Assembly: GCA_050014495.1 (NCBI GenBank)
Contig: JBEKDF010000003.1
Span: 1 to 64,000 of the forward strand
Direction of reading: 5' to 3'
Length of the DNA stretch: 64,000 nucleotides
From: Candidatus Bathyarchaeia archaeon
GTDB taxonomy: Archaea > Thermoproteota > Bathyarchaeia > TCS64
Shown: piece after piece, positions 18,893-29,221 of the stretch
How positions within the stretch are numbered: the first letter of the stretch is position 1
Layout of the letters: each line of letters opens with the position of its first letter
The notes under the pieces: generated by a model
The model's input: the letters and a program-made list of their open reading frames with translations, nothing else
The model's database searches: none
What the model was told of the DNA's origin: nothing
Translations under genes and position numbers: made by a program

Positions 18893-21472
18893 TTATCAGC
18901 GAAAACAGTTTCCTCGGAGCGCAAAGACTACTGGTCAACCACCCCAGCCGACCTCTACCAGGCCCTCGAAACAGGCTCCAGCGGATTATCTGAACAGGAA
19001 GCCCAAATCAGGCTAAAAAAATACGGATACAACGAGTTTGAGAGACAGCAATTCAGCTGGACCCCAATCCTCGTCAGGCAGTTCAAAAACCCGATCTTCG
19101 CCATCCTAGTCGCATGCGCCGCGGTGTCATTCTTCTTCCAACAGCCCGAGCAATCAATCTCCATACTCGCGATGATCGCCGTAGCCGTGACTCTGGGCTT
19201 CGTCAACGAGTACAGGGCGGAGAAGACCGTCGAGTCCCTGCAGAAGCGGGTATCCATCAAAGCCGTCGTGACTAGGGATGGGAAGCCCTCAGAGATCAAC
19301 TCAAACCAGCTTGTCCCCGGCGACCTCGTCTCGGTGTACGTCGGGGACATCGTCCCAGCCGACATCAGGATAGTGGACTCCAAGGATCTTCACGTAAACG
19401 AATCTGCCCTCACCGGGGAATCGTTTCCCGTAGAGAAGAGCTCTGAGAGCCTAACTCTTCAACGCCCAACGCCCCAGCAGCTAACCAACTACCTGTTCAT
19501 GAGCAGCGTTGTGGCGAACGGGACTGGCCGAGGCATCGTCATCTCCACAGGGAAGAACACGGACTTCGGGGCAATATCGAGGAGCCTGATCCGGTCACAC
19601 CCCGAGACGGAGTTCCAGAAGGGCATCCGGAAGTACGGGTCCCTCCTCATGACGCTTACGCTTGCGCTGACGGTTGGGATATTCGTAATCAACGCCGCTC
19701 TCGGTCACCCACTGGTTGACTCCCTGCTGTTCAGCCTCGCCGTCGCGGTGGGCCTGGTGCCGGAGCTCATGCCCGCAATCGTGACGATCAGCCTCTCCCA
19801 GGGTGCGAGGAACATGTCGAAGTCGAAGGTCATCGTGAAGCGCCTGGTTTCGATCGAGGACTTCGGCAACATGGATGTGCTCTGCACCGACAAGACGGGG
19901 ACGCTTACGGAGGGTAAGATCGTGCTCAAGGACTACTACTCGCTGACGGGGGACAGGGATCCGCGGATCATGTCCTATTCTCTGCTCTGCAGCAACGTTG
20001 TGCAGGGAGAGAAGGTCACCGGCAACCCTATGGATATAGCGATCTGGGAGTTCGCTGACGGGAACGGGGTGAAGGGAAACGTGGAGCCCTACGACAAGGT
20101 GGATGAGGTCCCGTTTGACTACCAGCGGAGAATGATGTCTGTTGTAGTAAGGAGAGACGGCGAGTATACGCTGATCTCTAAGGGCGCACCGGAGTCGGTT
20201 GTTTCCAGGTGCAGATATGCGCAGACGTCGGGGAACATTGAGCCCATCGACGGTTACCTGGGGTCGATTAACGCGAAGTTCTCCAGCCTCTCACTGCAGG
20301 GCTACCGCGTCCTCGCGGTGGCGTATCGTGGTGTGGAACTCAAGAAGTCCTTCAGGGTCGAGGATGAGATGGATCTAACATTCCTCGGGTTCCTCGTGTT
20401 CACGGACCCCGTTAAGGCGGATGCCCATCAGGCCGTCACGACTCTGAAGGAGATGGGCGTCAATGTGAAGATACTGACGGGGGACAACGAGCTTGTGGCT
20501 AGTAAGATCTGCGAAGAGATCAAGGTGTCATCAATCGGCGCTGTTTCTGGTTCGGATCTCTCCGGCATGAGCACATCTGAGCTCCGCTTAGCGGTGGAGA
20601 AGTTCACCATCTTCTCCAGGATCACACCCGATCAGAAGCTGGACATCATCAAGGCTCTGAAGGCTAACAACCACTCGGTCGGCTTCATGGGGGACGGAGT
20701 CAACGACGCCCCGGCCCTGTATGAGGCGGATGTAGGCATATCCGTCGACACGGCGGTCGACGTCGCGAAGGACGCCGCGGATATCGTGCTCCTCGACAAG
20801 GATCTACTGGTACTCGCCGGCGGAGTTGAGGAGGGGCGGAAGATCTTCGGCAACACGATAAAATACGTGTTGATGGGGACGAGTTCGAACTTCGGTAACA
20901 TGTTCAGCGCCGCTGCGGCCTCCATCTTCCTCCCGTTCCTCCCGATGCTGCCGATACAGATTCTGTTCATGAACCTGCTCTACGATATGTCGAACATGAT
21001 GATTCCCACCGATAACGTGGATGAGGAGTACACGAAGATGCCGAGGAAGTGGGACATAGACTTCGTCAGAAAATATACATTGTTCTTCGGCCCATTCAGC
21101 TCCATCTATGACTTCCTCACATTCGGCATCATGCTCTTCATCTTCGGCAGCTCGGTTGGTGGGGCTCACGCGGCTGCGATATTCCAGAGCGGGTGGTTCG
21201 TGGAGTCATTCTGGACCGAGGTATTGATCATGTTCGTTATCAGGACGAGGCGTCTGCCCTTCTTCACTAGTCGCCCAGGGAAGTGGATGACGGCGTTCAT
21301 TTTGGCGTTCGTCGCGTTTGGGACGATCTTCCCCTTCACGCCTTTCGGCGCGTTCATAGGTATGGTTCCGCTTCCGACGGGGTATTGGGTATTACTGATC
21401 CTTATGGTTGCCACGTATCTTTTGCTGGTGGATGAGGCGAAGGTGTTCTTCTACAAGATCTGTAGGTATTGA
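18893..21472 (+). CDS. mgtA: Mg2+-transporting P-type ATPase (MgtA-like); true start uncertain
   Basis: TGES, PELMP, DKTGTLT, GDGVND, SSNFGNMFS, NLLYD; the conserved N-terminus GLSEQEA..RL.KYG.NE is in frame upstream of 19124. Confidence 0.88.
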   Translation, partial: LSAKTVSSERKDYWSTTPADLYQALETGSSGLSEQEAQIRLKKYGYNEFERQQFSWTPILVRQFKNPIFAILVACAAVSFFFQQPEQSISILAMIAVAVTLGFVNEYRAEKTVESLQKRVSIKAVVTRDGKPSEINSNQLVPGDLVSVYVGDIVPADIRIVDSKDLHVNESALTGESFPVEKSSESLTLQRPTPQQLTNYLFMSSVVANGTGRGIVISTGKNTDFGAISRSLIRSHPETEFQKGIRKYGSLLMTLTLALTVGIFVINAALGHPLVDSLLFSLAVAVGLVPELMPAIVTISLSQGARNMSKSKVIVKRLVSIEDFGNMDVLCTDKTGTLTEGKIVLKDYYSLTGDRDPRIMSYSLLCSNVVQGEKVTGNPMDIAIWEFADGNGVKGNVEPYDKVDEVPFDYQRRMMSVVVRRDGEYTLISKGAPESVVSRCRYAQTSGNIEPIDGYLGSINAKFSSLSLQGYRVLAVAYRGVELKKSFRVEDEMDLTFLGFLVFTDPVKADAHQAVTTLKEMGVNVKILTGDNELVASKICEEIKVSSIGAVSGSDLSGMSTSELRLAVEKFTIFSRITPDQKLDIIKALKANNHSVGFMGDGVNDAPALYEADVGISVDTAVDVAKDAADIVLLDKDLLVLAGGVEEGRKIFGNTIKYVLMGTSSNFGNMFSAAAASIFLPFLPMLPIQILFMNLLYDMSNMMIPTDNVDEEYTKMPRKWDIDFVRKYTLFFGPFSSIYDFLTFGIMLFIFGSSVGGAHAAAIFQSGWFVESFWTEVLIMFVIRTRRLPFFTSRPGKWMTAFILAFVAFGTIFPFTPFGAFIGMVPLPTGYWVLLILMVATYLLLVDEAKVFFYKICRY

Positions 21473-21783
21473 TGGGGGTGACTTGTTTGCTTCTTGACCT
21501 TTTCACTTGGTGGATCATCAGCATCTCTTGGAGCATCGTTTTCCTTGTTGTGGTTGGGGTTTACCTGTATGTTGGGAGTAGGTCTAAGCGTAGGGAGAGT
21601 GTTCAAGTGAAGTCGAATGCGATCAGTGTTGCTGGGAGGTTTATGGTGCTCTGGATCCTGCTAGGTCTCCTAGCTTTTTACATCGTCTCAGTCTACTTTG
21701 GTTCCTCGACCTTCTTCGCTGTGGGGAATATCGTTGTGGAAGTTATCTTGATCATTCATGTCGTTAAAAATAGGACTAAGTAA
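21469..21783 (+). CDS. Small membrane protein
   Basis: Three hydrophobic segments; overlaps the mgtA stop. Confidence 0.65.
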   Translation: MMGVTCLLLDLFTWWIISISWSIVFLVVVGVYLYVGSRSKRRESVQVKSNAISVAGRFMVLWILLGLLAFYIVSVYFGSSTFFAVGNIVVEVILIIHVVKNRTK

Positions 21784-21859
21784 TGAATATAATCACACGT
21801 CACGCGAACACGACCTATGACTTCTCGGTATTACAAGCAATAAACACCATGTTAATGTA

Positions 21860-22378
21860 TTAGGGCGGTATAGCTGTCCCAATACTCGAGGCATCATCGG
21901 ACAATACCTTAATTATAAGATACCACCCGAGTAGGGCAAGCAGTGAAAGTGTCTGGATGGAGACAGATGTATCCTCTATGCTTACATTTCCACTAACTTT
22001 ACTAAAGCCATCAAGTTGAATGCTCATAATTTCCTTTTCATCGTTAATCATCAGCGTCCATTTAGTGTGCCAAATATTAGGAACCCACCGGAATCTTCCT
22101 TGATCAGGCAGCCATAATGTTGCTTCTCCATTCCAGCCAATGTTAGCGGTATAGAGATCATTGTCCTTGCCATATTCTCGAATGGTGATTTTAGGCCGTA
22201 GGAAGCCACCTCTCTTGAATGTCCACTTTCCATCGGCAGATTCGGCTGTCACAAGGGACCTCAATTTGCTTGTCCATTGTAACTTTCCCAGAACTTCTTT
22301 TCCGGAGACGAGCTCATCGTTTCTGCTGTCTCGTTGAACCCACTTCAGTTCCTTGAGGTCCATTTTAAGCGACTTCAT
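21860..22378 (-). CDS. Hypothetical protein (beta-rich, scramblase/tubby-like possible)
   Basis: 172 aa ORF, WTFKRGGFLRPKITI, C-terminal helix LLALLGWYL. Confidence 0.7.
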   Translation of the reverse strand: MKSLKMDLKELKWVQRDSRNDELVSGKEVLGKLQWTSKLRSLVTAESADGKWTFKRGGFLRPKITIREYGKDNDLYTANIGWNGEATLWLPDQGRFRWVPNIWHTKWTLMINDEKEIMSIQLDGFSKVSGNVSIEDTSVSIQTLSLLALLGWYLIIKVLSDDASSIGTAIPP

Positions 22379-22479
22379 CTTTCTCTATAATTTGTTGGAA
22401 AGTTGAGAAAGATAAAGCCATCATCAAATTTCAAACGACGACCAGCTTCTCGACTACCAGCAATACGCTCGCTACTATG

Positions 22480-23919
22480 CTAGGTAAGGCTGGAGGATGA
22501 CGAGGCACGCTCGCGACTTTTTACTTTCGCAGTTATCTTCCTGTACGCCGCCGCGAGAAGCCTCACGAAGTTCGCAAGACCCTTGTTCTGCCTCTGTAAA
22601 TTCATTGAAAGCACAGCTTCCTCAGATATAAACTCCCGATTGAGTTCACGCACGTCAGTCTTCTTAGAGAAGTAGAGGTAAACAGGGATCCCCAGAAGGA
22701 TCACAAACGACCCAACAACCTTGTCGAAGAGGGAGGTTGAGTAGAGTAGGTAGAGGCTTACCCCGACCCCTAGCCATGGAAGTATCCTTTGACCTGGAAG
22801 TCCACGCTCGTCACTACTCTTCAGAACAGATAGGGATAGGCAGACAAGGAGATAGCAGATCCCGAGGTTGAAAACTGCAAACGATATGAGTGTTGATAAT
22901 CCGGAGAAAGGCGCGAGCGCCAAGGCAATCACGCCCTCCATGATTATTGCGACGTGGGGTGTCTTAAAACGGGGATGAACCTTACCGAACGCCTTTGGGA
23001 GCAACCCCTCACTAGACATCGCGTAAATGAGGCGAGCGGTCCCCATCACCTCCGTCTCATCGGTGCCGGATACGCTGGCGAGGGCTCCAAGGCTTGTGAT
23101 CACTGCACCAACTGTTCCGAGGAGAACTGTGCTGACCAACACGAGTGGAATTGGGCTCTGTGAGAGTTCGGTCGAGTTAACTAGCCCGAAAACTGAGACG
23201 TTCGTCATTACGTAGAAGAATATCACTATCCCCATTCCGGTGATCATGGCCCTAGGGATGTTCTTTTTCGGGTCGGCGACTTCGCTGCTGGGGAGGCTGC
23301 CGAGTTCGAATCCGACGTAGGCCCAGAAAATCAGAACCAAAACGGTGTTGAAGTTTGTTAGACCCATGGGCGCAAATGGGGTGTAGTTGGCGAGGAGGCT
23401 GGGTCTGAGCAGAATAGATCCAACGCCGAGAATGATTATGATTAGGAGGGGCGTGAGTTTGGCTAGGGTCAGCACATCGTTGAGTCGTCCAGCTGCTTTG
23501 ACGCTGAATACGTTGACTGCCGTGAGGGCCACGATGAAGATGACTCTAACCAGTAGCTGCGCCCAGTAGGTTAACGGAACGAAGAACTGGAGGTAGCTGG
23601 TGAACACTATGGCGAAGACGGGGAGCGCGATGATCTCCGCGATACACATACTCCATCCCGCGATGAAGCCGTAGAAGTCGTCGAAGGCCTTGGAGACGAA
23701 GGCGAATGAGCCTCCCACGTTTGGGACGTAATAGCTGCAGTAGGCGAACACCATCGCCAGAATCATGGAGATTGCTCCACCTATGATCCAGATGCCTATT
23801 GCGGCGGGTCCGATCAGGCCAGCGACGAGGCCGGGGACAATGTAGATGTCGCTGCCGATGATTGCTCCGATTACGATGTTCATGAGGTCGAAGTATGAGA
23901 GGTCCCGCTTTAGCCCCAA
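22480..23919 (-). CDS. APC-family amino acid permease
   Basis: GAIIGSDIY, GGSFAFV, FWAYVGFE, about 12 TM segments. Confidence 0.9.
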   Translation of the reverse strand: MGLKRDLSYFDLMNIVIGAIIGSDIYIVPGLVAGLIGPAAIGIWIIGGAISMILAMVFAYCSYYVPNVGGSFAFVSKAFDDFYGFIAGWSMCIAEIIALPVFAIVFTSYLQFFVPLTYWAQLLVRVIFIVALTAVNVFSVKAAGRLNDVLTLAKLTPLLIIIILGVGSILLRPSLLANYTPFAPMGLTNFNTVLVLIFWAYVGFELGSLPSSEVADPKKNIPRAMITGMGIVIFFYVMTNVSVFGLVNSTELSQSPIPLVLVSTVLLGTVGAVITSLGALASVSGTDETEVMGTARLIYAMSSEGLLPKAFGKVHPRFKTPHVAIIMEGVIALALAPFSGLSTLISFAVFNLGICYLLVCLSLSVLKSSDERGLPGQRILPWLGVGVSLYLLYSTSLFDKVVGSFVILLGIPVYLYFSKKTDVRELNREFISEEAVLSMNLQRQNKGLANFVRLLAAAYRKITAKVKSRERASSSSSLT

Positions 23920-24079
23920 ATAAATTACCTTGGTGAATCCCCGCGATTTTTATTTAAAAGGATTCTTGGGAATTGAACGAACATCCATAATGGTGTACGC
24001 ATATTCATAGTTTTCCTGAACTTATATCGGTTCGCGCACACGTTGATCATATAGCCAGTAGAAGGATGCGCTGACGCAG

Positions 24080-24799
24080 TCACACTGGTATGGCCCCAAT
24101 GAGATGCCCAATCAAATATCCCGCGAACCCAGCTGAAAGCCCGATCAACATCATCTGCAAGGCACTCCTCCAAATCGAGCCCACCGTTATCCTCGCCTCG
24201 TATGCGCCTATCAAAAAGAGCAACACTCCACTCAGAATCACCGATGCGATCGTACCGGAGGATATTGTAGCTGCCGTAACGAAGAGGAACGGAATCAGAG
24301 GTATGATCGAGCCAAAAACGGTGGCGGACAGTACAACGGCGAAGCTGCGCCTCGCTTCGCTCTCCTCAACCGGTGGGAGTTTTAGTTCGAATGACATCAT
24401 GAACTCCAGCATCGCCTTCGGGTTAGACGCGATCTGACTAGTTAGAGTATCAAGCTGCATACCCTCGTAGCCTAGGCTCTTCAAAATCCTCCGTACCTCT
24501 TCGAGCTCCACATCGCCGTATTTCTTCATTTCAAGCTGCTCCCGGGAGACCTCCTTCAGATACTGTTGACGCCTGGCTAGAGTTGATGTGTAGGCGACTG
24601 CGCCCATCGAAATCGATTCTGCGCCCAGTGCTGCGAGGGCGGCGACGTAGATTATCTTCACGTTGCTTGTTGCTGCAGATACTCCCAGTAGAATACCTAG
24701 AACGTTTACAAGCCCGTCTTGGCTTCCAAGGACGAAATCCGACAAAAACGAGCGCGAAGAATGGGGCTCCTTATATGGTTTTTTAGATTTGGCATTCAC
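24080..24799 (-). CDS. VIT1/CCC1 family Fe/Mn transporter
   Basis: DFVLGSQDGLV, SISMGAVAY. Confidence 0.9.
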   Translation of the reverse strand: MNAKSKKPYKEPHSSRSFLSDFVLGSQDGLVNVLGILLGVSAATSNVKIIYVAALAALGAESISMGAVAYTSTLARRQQYLKEVSREQLEMKKYGDVELEEVRRILKSLGYEGMQLDTLTSQIASNPKAMLEFMMSFELKLPPVEESEARRSFAVVLSATVFGSIIPLIPFLFVTAATISSGTIASVILSGVLLFLIGAYEARITVGSIWRSALQMMLIGLSAGFAGYLIGHLIGAIPV

Positions 24800-25226
24800 T
24801 TCTTTTCCCGCCTCTTATGCATAGCATTTACCCTTAACAAGGCTGTGAATTTATTTAAAAACTCTCAAAAACCCTTGCATATATGCAAATGAGGCTTTAA
24901 AGAGTTTAAAATAATATTCAAATTTAAAACTAGTCTCATTGTTCTTCAGCTATTAAAAAATCCATTATGATTTTATTATTGGTTAGATCATGGGGTGTTT
25001 TTCCACTGCAGAGATAAGTGATCTTTTTTACATTTCTCGCATCTTTCAATACACTTGCACCACATAATGGACAGCTCACTCCTTGGACATCTTGATAAAT
25101 TCGTTTAAAAGACATGGTATATAATTTGATAAAAATATATATAAATTTAATTGCTATTGCACCATAATCATTTATTCGTTTTTGACTCCTAACTGGGAGG
25201 TTGCTAAACGTACGAGGTTTTATCTG

Positions 25227-28007
25227 TTAGGTTTGTCGATGGATTGCACCTAAGATTAGTTTCGTAGCCTCATCGATGAGTAGTATCACTAGGGCTAGTG
25301 CGAACATGATCCCCCAATCGTACAATGCTAGAGGCGCCGTCCCGAAGACCAGCTGAAGGATTGGCACATAGACTATGGATAATAGGAGAAGAAGCATAGC
25401 CACTATCCCTGCGGGGATCCATTTGTTCCTCGACGGGTTCGATGAGAGGATCGAGTGAGATCCAGTCCTCGTGGAGAGCACGTTTCCAAGCTGCCCTAAC
25501 ATTATTCCAGCGAGCACAGCGGTCGTACCAATCGCGTAGAGTGTCGGGTCATTTACTGTGCTGATCCCGAGGTGCCATCCTCCCCGGCTCCAGATCACGA
25601 AGGCGTAGAGCATGGGCAAGGCCCCCTCTATTGTGCCTACGAAGGTCGCTCGACCAAGAATCCCGTAGTCTAATAGCCTAACGTCGCGTGCTCTTGGTGG
25701 TCTATCCATTATGTCCTCTTCCGGAGGCTCAGCGATCAGAGCTAATGCGATTGGTATCTCAAGGATCACCTCGATGGCGAGCACCCCCATCACTGTGAGT
25801 GGGAGTGGAACCAGCAGTAGTATGAATGCCACGAATGTCACCAACTCGGCGAAGTTGTGGGTGTAGATGTAGTAGGCGAACTTACGGAGGTTGTCAAAAG
25901 TAGCCCTCCCGAGTCTCACGCCCTCAATGATAGAGGTGAAGTCGTTATCGAGGAGCACCATATCAGAGGATTCGCGGGCAACATCGGTGCCACCTCCCAT
26001 GGAGATCCCGACGTCCGCCTCGATTAGGGCTGGGGCGTCGTTGACGCCGTCGCCTGTGACGGCGACGATCTCTCCCCCATTCATGAATGTCTTCACTATT
26101 CTTAGCTTGTGTTCTGGTGAGGTGCGTGCAAACACCACCTCGCCTTTCGTAACCTCAGCCAACTCATCGTCAGTCATCTTGTTGAGCTCAGGGCCTGTAA
26201 CGATCCTATAGTCCGTTCCCGTGATTATGCCGGTCTTTTTAGCGATCGCTGCTGCGGTCAGCTCGTGGTCTCCGGTAATCATAACGACCTTAATCCCGCC
26301 CTTCTTTGCGTGGCTTACGGCGGCCTCCACTTTCGGCCTTGGGGGGTCGTGGAGGGCCGCGAGGCCGAGGAGGGTCATCTCCCTCTCGACGTTCTCGGAT
26401 TCCATCTCTATGCTAGCTGGTAACCTCTTGGAGGCTAGGGCGAGAACCCTATAGCCCTCGGCTGCGAAACGGTCAATCTGCTCCCTTATTCCGTCTCTCA
26501 TCTCATCCGTTAGTGGAGTAACTCGGCGATCGAAGTAGACTTCGGTGCATCTTTCGAGTACATCGTAGCTAGATCCCTTAGAGTAGGCCTTCAACCAGCC
26601 TTCTCCATCCCGGTGGATCACCGTCATCATCCTCCTCCTCGTGTCGAATGGCAGGAAACCTACACGCGGCTTCTCCACAGAGGCGAGGGCTGAGTTAAAG
26701 TCCCCCTTTCCGGCGAACACGAGAAAGGCCCCGTCAGTTTGGTCACCCAGGATAGACCACCTGCCTATCCGGTCTGTGGGGGCGACGATTCTGGCGTTGG
26801 TACAAAACGCGGAGACCTCGAATAAGCTAGTGATGTGAGATCTCTCCTCCGGATTCACCCTCCTGCCCTGGATGGTGACGAATCCCTGTGGACTGTACCC
26901 GTCGCCGCTGACGTCGAAGACCCTCCCGCTAGCCCAGAGCCTCTCAACCATCATCTCCCCGCTTGTTATAGTGCCTGTTTTGTCAACGCAGAGGACGGTT
27001 GTGGAGCCCATGGTCTCGATCGCGGAGAGACGCTTCACGACGACGTTCCTCTTCGCCATCTTGACAGCCGTTATGGCTAGGCTGAGGGAGATGCAGAGCT
27101 GGAAGCCCCAGGGGACGAAGGAGAGGATTACACCTATCGCGAATAGGATATTCGCCACGATTGTTAGGTTGACTAAGACCCTGGCGATGAGGAAAAAGAT
27201 CGCTCCAACTATGAAGGCGAGTATGAGAGTCAGCCTTGCGGTTCGTTCGATCTCTTTTTCGAGAGGGCTGGGTGATTCACCGATCTCGCTTGAGAGAGCT
27301 ACGATTCCACCGAACTGCGTCTCCTTGCCCGTGGCTAGTACTACACCTCTAGCCACACCTGATACCATTGTGGACCCAGCGAAGAGGAGGTTCTGGTATT
27401 CAGTAGCGGTGTTCGCAGTCAGACCAGGGGTCGTATCCACGAATCGCCGTTGAGCCTCCGACTCGCCCGTGAGAACTGAGTTGTCAACAGAGACCTCGAA
27501 GGCACTCACTAACCTTACATCAGCGGGGACCTTATCCCCCTCATCGAATAACACGAGGTCCCCGAGAACCACCTCGGAGACATCCACCTGCTCCTCGACT
27601 CCTGATCTGAGCACCTTCGCTTTAGTAGGTATCAGCCTCTTAATTGTCTGGACAGCTTGCTCAGCTCGGTATTCTTGGAAGATGCTGAAGGCGATGTTGA
27701 TGGCGACCACAGCGATTAGGGCGAAGCCCGTCTGCACAGATCCTATGTCCCCATAGACGAAGCCAGTGAAGAGTGAAAGCGCGGCGGCAAGTAGTAGAAG
27801 GATACAGAAGCCATTCTTGAGCTGTTCCGCTACCCGGCTCGCTAGACCTCTTTTCTTAGCAGTAGGTACTGTGTTTGGCCCATTTTTTTCGAGCCTAAGT
27901 GTAGCCTCATCTCTAGTAAGCCCGTTTGGACCCGTGGCGAAGCGCTTGTACACCTCGTCTACCTTTGATAAGGCAAAATCCTCGTATTCTATTCGACTCC
28001 CCCCCAC
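25227..28007 (-). CDS. Type II cation-transporting P-type ATPase
   Basis: TGESE, DKTGTIT, TGDH, GDGVNDAPAL. Confidence 0.92.
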   Translation of the reverse strand: MGGSRIEYEDFALSKVDEVYKRFATGPNGLTRDEATLRLEKNGPNTVPTAKKRGLASRVAEQLKNGFCILLLLAAALSLFTGFVYGDIGSVQTGFALIAVVAINIAFSIFQEYRAEQAVQTIKRLIPTKAKVLRSGVEEQVDVSEVVLGDLVLFDEGDKVPADVRLVSAFEVSVDNSVLTGESEAQRRFVDTTPGLTANTATEYQNLLFAGSTMVSGVARGVVLATGKETQFGGIVALSSEIGESPSPLEKEIERTARLTLILAFIVGAIFFLIARVLVNLTIVANILFAIGVILSFVPWGFQLCISLSLAITAVKMAKRNVVVKRLSAIETMGSTTVLCVDKTGTITSGEMMVERLWASGRVFDVSGDGYSPQGFVTIQGRRVNPEERSHITSLFEVSAFCTNARIVAPTDRIGRWSILGDQTDGAFLVFAGKGDFNSALASVEKPRVGFLPFDTRRRMMTVIHRDGEGWLKAYSKGSSYDVLERCTEVYFDRRVTPLTDEMRDGIREQIDRFAAEGYRVLALASKRLPASIEMESENVEREMTLLGLAALHDPPRPKVEAAVSHAKKGGIKVVMITGDHELTAAAIAKKTGIITGTDYRIVTGPELNKMTDDELAEVTKGEVVFARTSPEHKLRIVKTFMNGGEIVAVTGDGVNDAPALIEADVGISMGGGTDVARESSDMVLLDNDFTSIIEGVRLGRATFDNLRKFAYYIYTHNFAELVTFVAFILLLVPLPLTVMGVLAIEVILEIPIALALIAEPPEEDIMDRPPRARDVRLLDYGILGRATFVGTIEGALPMLYAFVIWSRGGWHLGISTVNDPTLYAIGTTAVLAGIMLGQLGNVLSTRTGSHSILSSNPSRNKWIPAGIVAMLLLLLSIVYVPILQLVFGTAPLALYDWGIMFALALVILLIDEATKLILGAIHRQT

Positions 28008-28229
28008 CCGCCCATGAAGTTTTTTTCTTTCGCCTTCTGTGGTTTTCCTCCTTTTTTCAGTTTTTTATTACTATGTTACTTCGCTATAGTGGATATTAGA
28101 AATTTAAACTTTGATGTTTGGACATACTTGCGAATTATGGATTAAAGGCATTAAATCATAAACTTCGAGGCCGCGAGGTCTGAATACTTAACGGTTTAAG
28201 TCCCTCCGGTCTCCTACCGATATGAAAAC

Positions 28230-28298
28230 AAATACGAATGGAATAAAATTTTACGCAAATCCCTCCGAACCCGCCAGTTTTAATTAAATAAAACACTT
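28230..28298 (+). repeat. att copy 2 (attP-like junction: left arm, core, right arm)
   Basis: Left arm AAATACgAATGGAATAAAATTTTAcGCA shared with copy 3; 19-bp core; right arm shared with copy 1. Confidence 0.9.
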
Positions 28299-28527
28299 TA
28301 ATGCCGATAAAATAAAATTTTAGGTTGACACCCCAATCGCGCGCGCGTATCTGCGGAAGACGCGAGAGATCAACCGATTCTCGAGGCCCTTATGTTTTGT
28401 CCTCTGAGTTTTTTTCACACATTCTAGAAATGAGCACATATAATCACTAGTAGAATGTTAATTCAAATTTGTCACCAATTTCAGAATCAATAGTCTTCAC
28501 GGGAATCCCCGCGCGTGCTGATTACCA

Positions 28528-29118
28528 CTATTTTTCTTTTCCCAGTATACTTAGAGACAAGTCACTTAGAATATGCACCAATTCTTCATCAGACTTTGCG
28601 AAAGGTGCTTGGAAGAGATGTCTATGAACAAGCGCATCGACTAGACCATAAACCCTGAGGTATTTTTCAACAAGCTCACTTAACTGAGCCGGTGAGCTAA
28701 TCTCCGTGAAGTTAGCTCGAATCTTGGTTTCGATCAGCTCCGCTCGACTCCGTTTTAGCCCCTCGAAAAGGTCCTTCTTCTCCAGGATTGCCTGATCGAA
28801 AGCTCTGTACATCGCCTCGTTTTTACGATGGTTTTCCAGGTGAAGCGTTATCTCCCTCTTAACGTCCTCGTCAGAACCCTTGAGTACGAAGATCGGATCC
28901 ATCATAACGTTGAGAGACTCCTCCCAAAAACCAGCCGCTATCTCCGGCTTACCCTCGGTGAAGTAGTGATAAATTATACCGATGCTGATACCAGCGTCTT
29001 CAGCTATCTTGCGGGTGGTGACTTTCTCATATCCTTCGGAGTTGACGAGGCGAGAGAAGGACTTGTAGATTAGCTTGATCTTCTCGTCTTTGTCACGGGT
29101 TATGACTCGTGTGACCAT
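28528..29118 (-). CDS. TetR/AcrR family regulator
   Basis: GYEKVTTRKIAEDAGISIGIIYHYF; start set at ATG of MVTRV. Confidence 0.9.
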   Translation of the reverse strand: MVTRVITRDKDEKIKLIYKSFSRLVNSEGYEKVTTRKIAEDAGISIGIIYHYFTEGKPEIAAGFWEESLNVMMDPIFVLKGSDEDVKREITLHLENHRKNEAMYRAFDQAILEKKDLFEGLKRSRAELIETKIRANFTEISSPAQLSELVEKYLRVYGLVDALVHRHLFQAPFAKSDEELVHILSDLSLSILGKEK

Positions 29119-29130
29119 GACCACTAGTTG

Positions 29131-29196
29131 TTGAATGTTGTTCATAAAGCTTTTATATTGACTAATGTTCAATAGTTTATTGAGGGATGTTCAATA
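29131..29196. promoter_or_regulatory. Tandem TetR-type operators
   Basis: TATTGA-N7-TCAATA at 29156-29174 and 29178-29196; degenerate TTGA-N7-TCAT at 29131-29145. Confidence 0.7.
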
Positions 29197-29221
29197 AATA
29201 TAACGGAGGGAGGCGTGTAGG

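Larger units (their letters stand above)
17849..28276. mobile_element. Integrated element 1 at tRNA-Lys (about 10.4 kb, ion-transport cargo, no integrase)
   Basis: Bounded by direct repeats of the tRNA 3' end. Confidence 0.75.

Noticed and set aside
28498..28509. 12-mer CACGGGAATCCC shared with 12587-12598
   Set aside because: Many 12-mer matches are expected by chance in 64 kb.
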